From Chiloscyllium plagiosum (taxonomy: Eukaryota): a stretch of DNA of 64,000 nucleotides. Positions 51,141 through 62,417 of the stretch are shown one piece after another; position 1 is the stretch's first letter; every line of letters starts with the position of its first letter. The stretch lies in NCBI RefSeq assembly GCF_004010195.1, contig NC_057720.1:34325453-34389452 (forward strand), given 5' to 3'. The notes below the pieces were generated by a model. That model saw only the letters and a list, made by a program, of their open reading frames with translations, was not told the DNA's origin and ran no database searches. The translations under genes were made by a program, and so were the position numbers.

Positions 51141-51772
51141 GTAGCAGGTCAGATTATTAGAAATGCAAAGATATTTCAAAATTGATGTAGGGCATGCAGA
51201 TAAATAAGGGAAGACTAAGGTGAATAACAAACTAGAAAGTCACCTTGCATGTAAGGGTCAGAGATGATGCTATGATGTTGTGGCCATAACAGAGACGTGG
51301 GTTTCTCAGGGCAGGAATGGTTGCTGGATGTTTCAGGGTTTAGAACATTTAAAAAGAATAGGGAGGGGGGGAACAAAGAGGAGGGGGTGTAGCACTGCTA
51401 ATCAGAGAGGGTATCACAGCTACAGAAGTTACCATTGTCGAGGAGGGTCTGCCTACTGAGTCAGTATGGGTGGAAATTAGGAACAGTAGGGGTTTACTAC
51501 AAGCCCCCCAATAGCAGCAGGGAGATTGAAGAAAGCATAGGTCGGCAGATTTTGGAAAAGTGTGAATGTAGTAGGGTTGTTGTAATTGGTGACTTTAACT
51601 TTCCCAATATTGATTGGAACCTCCTTCAAGCAGATGGTTTGGAAGGAGCTGTTTTTGTAAGGTGTGTTCAGGAGGGTTTCCTAATTCAGTACGTTGACAG
51701 GCCAACGAGGGGAGAGGCCATTTTGAATTTGGTGCTCGGCAATGAGCCGGGGCAGGTGTCAGATCTTGCGGT

Positions 51773-52093
51773 NNNNNNNNNNNNNNNNNNNNNNNNNNNN
51801 NNNNNNNNNNNNNNNNNNNNNNNNNNNNNNNNNNNNNNNNNNNNNNNNNNNNNNNNNNNNNNNNNNNNNNNNNNNNNNNNNNNNNNNNNNNNNNNNNNNN
51901 NNNNNNNNNNNNNNNNNNNNNNNNNNNNNNNNNNNNNNNNNNNNNNNNNNNNNNNNNNNNNNNNNNNNNNNNNNNNNNNNNNNNNNNNNNNNNNNNNNNN
52001 NNNNNNNNNNNNNNNNNNNNNNNNNNNNNNNNNNNNNNNNNNNNNNNNNNNNNNNNNNNNNNNNNNNNNNNNNNNNNNNNNNNNNNNNNNNNN
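51773..52093. other. Assembly gap
   Basis: Run of 321 N. Confidence 1.
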
Positions 52094-52706
52094 AAAGAAA
52101 AGGACCTTGTAGTGAATGAAACCAGTGGGGAGCAGGTAAGCATGCTGGAATGGATAGAGATTGAGGAAGCTGATGTGCTGAAAATTTTGACAAACATTAA
52201 GATTGACAAGTTGCCAGGGCCAGACCAGATTTGTCCTTGGCTGCTTTGGGAAGTGAGAAATGTGATTGCTTGACCGCTTGCAAAGATCTTTGCATCCTTG
52301 CTCTCCACAGGAGTCGTACCTGAGGACTGGAGGGAGGCAAATGTAATTCCTCTCTTCAAGAAAGGAAATAAAGAAATCCCCGGCAATTACAGACCAGTCA
52401 GTCTCACGTCTGTCGTCTGCAAGGTGTTAGAAAGGATTCTGACGATAGGATTTATGACCATCTGGAAGAGCATGGCTTAATTAAATGCAGTCAGCACGGC
52501 TTTGTGAGGGGCAGGTCATGCCTCACAAATCTTATTGAGTTCTTTGAGGGTGTTACTAGACAGGTTGATGAGGGTCGAGCAGTGGATGTGGTGTTTATGG
52601 ACTTCAGCAAGGCATTTGATAAGGTTCCCCATGGTAGGCTCGTTCAGAAGGTCAGGAGGAATGGGATATAGGTAAATTTAGCTGTCTGGATACAGAATTG
52701 GCTGGT

Positions 52707-53025
52707 AATTTTTACATTACATTACATTACAGTGTGGAAACAGGCCCTTCGGCCCAACAAGTCCACACCGACCCGCCAAAGGGAAACCCACCCATACCTC
52801 TACATTTACCCCTATACCTAACACTACGGGCAATTTAGCATGGCCAATTCACCTGACCTGCACATCTTTGGACTGTGGGAGGAAACCAGAGCACCCGGAG
52901 GAAACCCACGCAGACACAGGGAGAACGTGCAAACTCCACACAGTCAGTCGTCTGAGGTGAGAATTGAACCCGGGTCTCTGGCGCTGTGAGGCAACAGTGC
53001 TAACCATTGTGCCACTGTGCCGCCC
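52707..53025 (-). mobile_element. HE1 SINE nested in CR1 RT
   Basis: Full reverse-complement HE1 splitting cagaattggctggt / tggtcgacagaagacagcg. Confidence 0.95.
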
Positions 53026-54099
53026 ACCGTGGTCGACAGAAGACAGCGAGTGGTAGTGAAAGGAAAGTATTCTGTCTGGAAGTCAGTGGTGAGTGGTGTT
53101 CCACAGGGCTCTGTTCTTGGGCCTCTACTCTTTGTAATTTTTATTAATGACTTGGATGAGGCGATTGAAGGATGGGTTAGCAAGTTTGCAGACGACACAA
53201 AGTTTGGAGGTGTCGTTGGCAGTATAGAGGACAGTTGTACGCTGCAGCGTGACATTGAAAGGATGCAGAGATGGGCTGAGAGGTGGCAGATGGAGTTCAA
53301 CCTGGATAAATGCAAAGTGATGCATATTGGAAGGTCATACAGGATTAAAGACAGGATTCTTGGCAGTGTGGAGGAATAGCAGGATCTTGGTGTGCAGGTA
53401 CATAGATCCCTTAAAATTGCCACCCAAGTGGACAGGGTTGTTAAGAAAGCATATGGTGTTTTGGCTTTCATTAACATGGGGATTGAGTTTAAGAGCCGTC
53501 AGATCTTGTTGCAGCTCTATAAAACTTTGGTAAGACTGCACTTGGAATACTGTATCCAGTTCTGGTCGCCCTATTATAGGAAAGATGTGGATGCTTTGGA
53601 GAGGGTTCAGAGGAGGTTTACCAGGATGCTGCCTGGAATGGAGAGCTTATCTTACGAAGAGAGGTTGACTGAGCTCAGACTTTTTCATTGGAAAAAAGGA
53701 GAGAGGGGACCTAATTGAGATGTACAAGATACTGAGAGGCATAGATAGAGTTGATAGCCAGAGACGTTTTCCCAGGGCAGAAATTGTTAACACGAGGGGT
53801 CATAGTTTTAAGCTGTTTGGCAGAAAATATAGAGGGGATGTCAGAGAGTTGTGAGAGCATGGAATGCGTTGCCGGCAGCAGTTGTGGAAGCGAGGTCATT
53901 GGGGATATTTAAGAGACTGCTGGATATGCATATGGTCACAGAAATTTGAGGGTTCGTACATGAGGTTTACCTTACATGAGGATCAATGGTCGGCACAACA
54001 TTGTGGGCTGGAGGGCCTGTTCTGTGTTGTACTGTTCTATGTGGGCATGCTTTTAAATGAATACTTCACATTGGTTTTCCCAAAGAGGGGCTAATGCAA

Positions 54100-54900
54100 T
54101 AATTGCAAATGAGGAGGAGGAATGTGAAGTATGGGTGGCCCAACAATAGTGAGAGGAGCTTTCAATGGACTGGTCAGGTAGGCTGTAAAATGGCAAATGG
54201 AATGCAATCTAGAGAAATTTGTGGAAATGCATTTGTTGTTGAGGGCAAACATAGCATTGGAATACACAACAAATGGTAAGATTCTGAAAACCTTGAGAAA
54301 CTGAAGGACTCTGGAGTGTATGCTCCATCTAGTATGCATGATAGAATCATGAAGATATCAGAAATTGAAATGTTAAAGAAGATCTATGGGATAGTTTACA
54401 AATGGAAACATAAACTTTACTTCTCAGAGGTTATATTGAAACTGTAGGCAACAATATTGAGACCACAGCCAGAGTACAGAGTACTGTAATGGTCACTGTG
54501 TGGGTACACAGGAAATTTATAAGGCTGTTGCCAAGAATGAAGAATCATTACTGTTAGGAAAGGTCTTGGGGATTTGTTTTGTTTGGAAACGGAGGGAAAA
54601 TTTATTTGGGATGTATAAAATTACGAAATACTTGGAGTGAACAGAAACATCAAGAAATGTTTTCTCAGCCATTATCACTTAAATTAGCTGTGTTATTTTT
54701 TAAACACAAGACTCTAATAATAGGTTGAATCTCAAGAAGTATAGACATAAAAGCCAAAACATGAACCTTAATAAGACCTCAATGAGAATACTATGATTAT
54801 GTGGTAGAGGCAGAAAACCTCATTGCATTTAAGAGATACTGTATTTGAAATACGGCAACCTTGAGGGCCATAGGGCACAAGTTATAACGTTGCTCTTTTG
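54100..54900 (+). mobile_element. Very old CR1 fragments
   Basis: Decayed aaatggcaaatggaatgcaatctagagaaatttgtgg and gaccacagccagagtac motifs. Confidence 0.55.
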
Positions 54901-54929
54901 CAGCCACACAGATATGATGATCTGAACAA

Positions 54930-55040
54930 CCTGGGCTGCAGCAGTTCAAGAAGGTAAGCCATCATCGATTTGAGCAATTAGGAGTGGGCAATAAATGCTG
55001 GCCTTGTCACCAACATCCACAGTCCATAAAGAATAATTTT
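54930..55040 (+). mobile_element. 3' end of second CR1-group family
   Basis: ctgcagcagttcaagaagg...gcaattaggagtgggcaataaatgctggcc. Confidence 0.65.
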
Positions 55041-55704
55041 TTAAAATTTCATTCTGCCTTGCACATTTTCTATGATTGTGTCTCAAAAGAGGAGAATGGG
55101 GAGCGTTAATCTTGTGGTGAATCTTTAGCAGTGCTTAAGCTATGTTGTTGTGGATTGGATAGGCTTTGGTGTAGGAAATGTAATTTTATGCCTTACATAA
55201 GTATGTAAGTATTTTAAAACAAGCTAAAATTTCAAAGTTGGTGTATCTTGGAAGCTTAGTTGCTGTATGATTTATCCGTCCAGATACAGTAACGCTGCAG
55301 AATGTGCAGATTATTTTGTGATTATTATCTGGATTAGTGCCTAAAGTAATTTTCCACTATCTGTCAGAGAAGCAGCACTTTAATTTTTTTTTCTCATTTC
55401 TTTTACTTTCTGTTTCTACCACTGCTGACCTTGACTGCAAGATGTTTCCGCTCCACCCAAGCTTCCAAAACCCCACTGAACTCGAACAAACATCGAGAAA
55501 TGTTTTTCCAGTCATTGTTACTTAAATTGGCTCTTTTAAGAATAATAATAATAACAGGTTGAATCTCAAGAGGTATTGAACATAAAAGCCAAAAGCTAAA
55601 TGATGAGCCTTGATAAGGCCTCAATTAGAGTAGTATTTCTAAGACAGGGCTCTACAAATTTTGGGGCTTTAGAAAGGATATAATACAGCTTACTAGGGTG
55701 ATAA

Positions 55705-55828
55705 AACAAAAGCAAACATATTGAGGATGCTGAGAATCTGAAATAAAAACTTACTCAGCAGGTCTGGATCTGTTGTGTAGAGCGAAGCAATTAACATTTT
55801 GAACGAAACATGACTCTTCTACAGAACC
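55705..55828 (-). mobile_element. Family C PLE-derived fragment (old)
   Basis: gatgctgagaatctgaaataaaaac...actcagcaggtctgg...ttctacagaac. Confidence 0.55.
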
Positions 55829-56828
55829 CTAAGATGCTGATTGGTGTAGAAAAATCAATTATGACAAAATAGATAAAGAATGGGGTGTTTTCTTGTTAGC
55901 ATGTTGTTATCGGCATTTTTTGGGAGTGTTTAATATTAGGAAGAAATGGAAGGAACTTAATTGAAGCAGGCTGATAGATGCAAGATAATACGTAAAAGAT
56001 GTTAGAACAGAGGTCAGGAAAATATCTTCATACAGACACAGAAACGAGGTTTAGCACATAATTTGAGCAGTTGTTTCCATGCTACTAACAGATGGTTGGG
56101 TGGAATGGGCTATTTCTATATTACTTAGTCTCAGAACAAATGTTTTGACTCTTGTGTCCATTAGGAGAAAGTGAGGAATGTGGGTGCTGGAGATCAGAGT
56201 TGAAAAGTGTAGTGCTGGAAAAGCACAGCCAGTCAGGCAGCATCCCAGGAGCAGGAGAGTCGATGTTTCGAGCATGAGTCTTCATCAAGAATGGGGGGGT
56301 GTGGGGGTGAGGGGCAAGGGGGCTGAGAGATAAGAGGGTGGAGCAGATAGGTGGGAAGGAAGATGGACAGGTAGGAGAGTTCAAGAGGGTGGTGCTGAGT
56401 TGGAGGAACGTTCCGCCAACTTGCGGAACGTTTCAGAGAACATCTCTGGGACACATGCACTAAATAACCCCACCACTCTGTGGCCGAACGCTTCAACTCC
56501 GCATCCCACTCTGCCAAGAACATGCAAGTCCTTGGCCTCCTTCACCGTCAAACTCTAGCCACTCGATGCCTGGAGGAAGAATGCCTCATCTTTCTTTTTG
56601 GGATCCTCCAACCACAGAGGATCAATATTGATTTCACTAGTTTCCTCATTTCCTCTGTCACCATCTCATCCCAGATCCAACCCTTCAACTCAGCACCACC
56701 CTATTGAACTAACCTACCTGTGTATCTCCCTTCCCACCTATCCACTCCACCCTCTTCTCTGACCTATCATCATCATCACCTCCCCCAACTTCATCTACAT
56801 ATAGCCTTCCCAATTACCTCCCCCCCCC

Positions 56829-56843
56829 NNNNNNNNNNNNNNN
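56829..56843. other. Assembly gap
   Basis: Run of 15 N next to a poly-C tract. Confidence 1.
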
Positions 56844-56890
56844 CCATTTATCTCTAAGCTCCTTTGGGCCAACACCCCCACCCCACATTC

Positions 56891-56918
56891 CTGATGAAGA
56901 GCTTATGCTTGAAACGTC
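56891..56918 (+). ncRNA. Minimal hammerhead ribozyme core downstream of PLE ORF remnant
   Basis: CTGATGA-A-GAGC-TTAT-GCTT-GAAA-CG-TC, in the same orientation as the GIY-YIG remnant. Confidence 0.7.
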
Positions 56919-59219
56919 AACTGTCCTGCTCCTCAGATGCTGCCTGACTGGCTGTGCTTTTCCAGCGCCACACTTTTCGACCCTTATGTACATTACTTTG
57001 AAAAACATTTCAATTAAGATGTAGAGTTGCTCTTTTGAATTGTCTTCCAATTATTTCTATAAGCAAGAATTTTTGATTTTTTTTGTGATAGAATCCTACA
57101 ACAAAGAAATGAGTCAAGCACTTGTTCCAGATATACCATGATCAACTATTTGATGTCTGATTCCTTTTGCTATAGTCCATCATCTGGTCAATATGATGGA
57201 CCAGATGATCATATAACAGAAATATAACATTGCACAATTAAACCTACATTTCTTACACCCTTGATCGCACAACTTGATGAGACTATGCTGTGTGTGCCTT
57301 TAAACCTCATCCATGCAAAATGGTTAAACTTCCACCAGCCAGATATGGAATACAAATGTGGTTGGGAGAGCCATACATTCTGCTATAATGCAGTGATGCT
57401 AGCCATAGTTTGCTACTACCTCACCCAATACCTGTGACTTGTTGGCATGACAGAGGTCTTATCTTGCCGCCAGTGACCTGCAGGGAACATCTGGCAGTTC
57501 CCCAGGGGCAGATCTGATTAAGTCAAGGATCTTTTAAGCACAGAAACGACCAATGGCAGACCTTCCCTAGGATTGAAGCTCCCAGCTGCAGAGGCTGCCA
57601 ATGGCAGCTTGGTGACAGCACTGCTTGTCCAGAATCATCATCAAACCCCTGGCCAAAGGTGAGTGAGGGCAGGATGGAATTTGCTGTTGGTGTAGATGAG
57701 ATGGGGGTGGAGGTCAAGAGTCTTTCTCAGCAGCCACATGTTTCAGCGATCTTATGCTGGGTCCCTTGACAGCACATTGAGTGAATGACAATGCAGTCCC
57801 TTTGCCCCATCTCCATCTCAGGGAGGCCACTGAATAAGCCTACAGGAGATCCTGGGGCAGCCTTCTGAGACTGTGGGAAAGCAATGCGGCCTCCATTTAA
57901 ACTTTGAACTGCTGCTGAATTGGATCAAGCTCAGGAATAATGGGTGTCAGTGACTCCTTATTGAATGTAATTCAGCTCCTCCAGCCGGTGGATGGGAATC
58001 CCAAGTCAGCCCCTTCCGCTCTCCTACTTAATCAACCAGGAGACTGACATAGGACATTCCCATAATTTGTGGCCTCAGCCTCCATGTTTCCCATCATGTT
58101 AAGCTACACAAAATCCAACCCAATATCAGTGAAGAGTAAAGGTCAATTTAGCATTTCTGATGCTGGGGATCTGTAAACCATTCAATGCAGTAACAGGAAA
58201 GAATGGCTACACAAATAGTTGTATTTACAAGGATAACTCCACGGCAAAAGGAGTTAAATTTAATGTTTAGTTCTGGAAGGTTGTTTAATGGTAAATAATG
58301 TACTAGAACGAAAGTTCAATCTGAGGCTGCAGTCAGCACAGAATCTGCTTGATTACTATTAGAAGAGCAAATGTGTGATTTTTCTTAACTAAATTACTAC
58401 TTTGGACTAAATGTTACTGGATTCTGAATGCAAACAAAACATATCATGAATGCAACAAAGTTCTCAGCATTAGGGACAAAGTTACCATTTTATATTTGAA
58501 CTGCTGCTCTTAACTTGTAAAATTAGCATTTTGGCTTCCAATGATGTTAACATGGCAAGTCTGTGTTCACACATTCAGTAATGCATCTGTAATTCAGATC
58601 AGGGATTAGCCAGAAAAGTGAAATTTCAGAGCTGGAGAAAATCATCTGGACTGTTAATTAAACAATCCTTCACTTTTGGATTCAATAAAACGGGGGACAT
58701 TTGAACTGAGCAAATTGTGTCCTTTTTTTTCACTTCTGTCACACAGCATCAAGTCGACAAAGGGCAATTATAACACAGACTAAACTCTAAAGTGCCCTTC
58801 CTGTTGCACAGTATGACTTCCCTTTGCCCCACAACAACCTATCCTTGTGGCCTCTCTGAGCAAGATGGATAATTTGTGTTAATTATTTCTAAATTATAGG
58901 CAGTAACATGCTATGGACCCACACACATTAAAAATAGCTGGTTAGGCACAAAGTCATTCACATGAGGTTCTGGATGTGCTCAAAAGAAAATCCCATCAGT
59001 TTGAACTCCATGCAAATTAAACTGCTAAATTTGAAAGATTAGCTCACATGACTTCTCTGTAAAAATACTTCTCAGATATTAAATGCTAGATTATCTTTTT
59101 TAATGCAATTTTCAAAAGATTATTAAGGATGCCTTGCCTCTATTTAAGTGCAGGCATACAGCCTCATTCCCCAAACAACTGATGTAGGACGGCTTCAGTT
59201 GCCAGCTGGCAGATTCATC

Positions 59220-59585
59220 TAGTCATAGTCATAGAGATGTACAGCACAGAAACAGACCCTTCGGTCCAACTCGTCCATGCCGATCAGATATCCCAACCCA
59301 ATCTAGTCCCACCTTCCAGCACCTGGCCCATGTCCCTCCAAGCCCTTCCTATTCACATACCCATCCAGATGCCTGTTAAATGTTGCAATTGTACAACCTC
59401 CATCACTTCCTCAAGCAGTTCATTCCATACATGCATCACCCTCTGCGTGAAAAAGTTGCCCCTTAGGTCTCTTTTATATCTTTCCCCTCTCACGCTAAAC
59501 CTATGCCCTCTAGTTCTGGACTCCCCGACCTCAGGGAAAAGACCTTGTCTATTCACCCCCTCCATGCCTCCTATGATTTTTGTAA
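59220..59585 (-). mobile_element. HER1-like CR1 LINE 3' end
   Basis: ORF 59353-59565 (RTRGHRF, FFTQRVMHVWNELL); reverse tail agtcatagtcataga. Confidence 0.94.
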
Positions 59586-60787
59586 TCCACTCCTAATGCA
59601 TTCTACTTCTTGGAAGGAATGATTAGCTTCATCTCAGCCTCTTACCATCTTGGATTATGGAGGGAAAGGATTTATTGAGATTGCTGATGCAGGAAACACT
59701 AATGATCTAATGGTCAGAACCAGGCTAGTGCCCAACAATGTATAACTAAAGAAAAGGTGTTAATGGTAGTTATGAGCAATATTAAAGAAAAAGCGTTCTA
59801 TGGGAATGATCAGTGAATAAAGCTGTCAATATGTTCATTATGTAATTGGAAGACAGCATGAAGGAATTATTATTAATACCACAATATCTCATGTGCGATG
59901 AATTACACTCAGAATGCAAGATATCTGGGAATGATTTCTATTACAAATCTGTCATGTCAGAAGGTTCCTTTGACTTACGAAAAGTAATAAACACTGCAAA
60001 TGATTTCAAGGCAGCAGCTTAATCAAGATGTCATTGTTATAGTCCAAATGGAAGTTATAAAGGACGGAATTGAATTAAATTTTTATGTATTTATATCTTT
60101 ATATTTATTATGAGGAAATAACTCCTAACCACACATCCAAACATTTAGGGCTCTGCCAACCCAAGGCCTACCCAACAAAGAGCAAAACCAGTTTAAAAAA
60201 AATCAATAATATTAGACATGATCATACTGGATACACTGGAGCTTTATTGTGAGCTATACACGATGAGTCAAATCAGTTTGAGTCATTCACAAGTTTTAGG
60301 AGTTTTATTTTGTCTGGGCAGCAGCCAAATTTTGCCTGCCCTAGGATATTGCCCTGCCAACCCCCACAACTTACCCTTCGTTCTGAACCCATGGCTCCTC
60401 GTGGTCAGGCATTAGATGGCTCATGCAGACCAAGTAATAGCCACCATTCCCAGAATGGTCAGATAGCTATCAGGTGGGAAATGCCCTGAAAACAATTTGT
60501 GGTCCGACAGGCATAAGAGCCCTGCAGATCAGCTGCTAGACGGGGGTGCAGGCTCCCCCCTGTCTAACACGTCAGAGAGGAGGCACAGGCATGAAAGCTC
60601 AGATGCATTGAAAAATCCAACAATGAGATGTGCTCTATGCACAGTACAGCAGAATGGGTTTCATTTCTCTTGTCAACAGGGCCTGATAAGAGATAATGTG
60701 ATTGATTCATAATTCTCAGACAACAATTGCAAGCTTCTCAGGTCATAAAAAAGCAATTGCATAGAAATGAAACTGACTGTGTTTATA

Positions 60788-60917
60788 GGGAGAAAGTGAG
60801 GACTGCAGATGCTGGAGATCAGAGCTGAAAATGTGTTGCTGGAAAAGCGCAGCAGGTCAGGCAGCATCCAAGGAACAGGAGAATCGACGTTTTGGGCATA
60901 AGCCCTTCTTCAGGAAA
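60788..60917 (-). mobile_element. Family A PLE single-arm insertion
   Basis: Near-identical to 13736-13863; core reads CTGAAGA-A-GGGC-TTAT-GCCC-AAAA-CGTC; 12-bp duplication tgactgtgttta at 60774-60785 and 60930-60941. Confidence 0.85.
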
Positions 60918-62417
60918 GTGTAAACACAGTGACTGTGTTTACAATCAAGTATTGCTATCAATCTGCAATTTGGTACAGAATTATTGTTTATAGACCAGAT
61001 TAACACATACTCTCCTTCGGACTGGTTGAGGTACACATGCAGGAATGGATAGAGATCCGAAACTGCACCTCCTCTTTCAAACATCTTCTCCAACTAGTCC
61101 TCCCATGACCTGATTTTCCTTATGATAGAAGTGAAACCACCTTGACTGCTGCCTGCCTCACTTGCACCATCCTGTGACTCATTTCCTCCATTCAGAATGA
61201 TAAATGGTATAACCACGAAAATAACACTTTTGCGCTAAAATGTACTTAATGTGCATGAAAAGTACCCAGTCATTTCACACTGTCAGATGACATGGAAAAG
61301 CAGTATATGGCTGGGTAGACAGAATGCCTAAGAAAAACTTGCTTCAAAGAATCTGCCTTAGTGACACAAATTGCTAGCAATGAGATTCACAGAGTTTAAG
61401 GTTAAAGCTCTTCACTTCCTCATGTTTTTGCAGATAATCCGCAGGTTATAACTCTTAGTGTGACTTGTTTAGTTTGAGCTGTAGTGTGTGTGCAAAAGTT
61501 GGAAACTCAGAATTGCAGCCTGGTTGGCCTTCACAATGATGTGTGGAAATCAACTCACTCAGAACCAGGCAGCTGCATTAAGCAATGGCGAAAAGTTCAA
61601 GGCAATTTGGGGGCATTTGACCCTGGAGTGGAAAAAAAAGCTTGCACCCCATTTTGCTGTCAACAAAATGTTATTTCCTGTGATTATACATTGACATCAT
61701 GCAGAAAGCAGCTATTTCAAGGCCGTGGTCTTTTGAATGCTAACATGTCTATGGAAAAACAAATTCAAAACATGTGAGTGTAATGCCACGACAATGGAGT
61801 GGCACCTGCTTGGCTGTGTCACCAGGTTTTTCCTCTGCATCAGATGTATGCTTGATCAGCTAGAGCTTTGTGAGGTATGAAACAGAAGGGAAGAAGGGAA
61901 AACAGAATCTCAGTCTTCCCTCCATGCTCTGTAGTTCTGCATTCCCCAGCACTTGAAGAGTGGTCTTACAGATATCAGACATGGGGGAAATCGAACTGTT
62001 GCCAATGAGAGTCTTGCCCACTGCTTGGAAATTTGATATTGCTTTTCTCTGGGCGATCTGACACAATTGTAAGGTTAGAAGGCACTTACATGGACCACGT
62101 TGGGCATCACATCAGGTTAAATTCCCAGTCGAGCAGAAGTACCCCTTCTCTTCCCCAAAAGCTATTAGCCAATCAGAAGCTCGTGACTCTCCATCATATC
62201 GATATCACCAGGAGCAGTAGATGCTTGGACAGAGTTACCTGGGGCAGGATTGGGGTCACAGGTAGGAGGATCAATGGTACAGCAGGGGTCATATTCAAGC
62301 TTAGTGCAGTGATGCTCAGTGCCTCCATTTCAATTGATATCAGGGTTTGCTGGGCAGTTTTCTGGAATCAGACCTGTCTGACTCTTGTGCAAACTCTGCT
62401 ACACCTTCAAATTCTAA

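Larger units (their letters stand above)
51265..54040 (+). mobile_element. CR1 LINE ORF2 to 3' end (contains a gap and an HE1 insertion)
   Basis: GVYYKPPN, VIGDFNFPNIDW, PGNYRPVSLTSVVCK, GVPQGSVLGP, KFADDTK, LEYCIQFWSP. Confidence 0.96.
56164..56980. mobile_element. Penelope-like retroelement remnant with inverted 3' ends and GIY-YIG endonuclease C-terminus (family A)
   Basis: + strand about 56414-56645 translates RQLAERFREH...VAERFNSASHSAKNMQVLGL...R.LEE..LIF..G.LQP..INIDF; inverted arms; 17-bp degenerate duplication at 56147-56163 and 56979-56995. Confidence 0.88.

Noticed and set aside
51435..52386. Longest ORFs in the track (225, 263, 125 and 144 aa)
   Set aside because: Inflated by the 321-N gap; the real parts are CR1 endonuclease or its antisense
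57450..58125. GC-richer patches resembling old non-autonomous DNA transposons (also about 10600-11110 and 60315-60620)
   Set aside because: Could not define matching TIRs or TSDs by eye, so not listed as features
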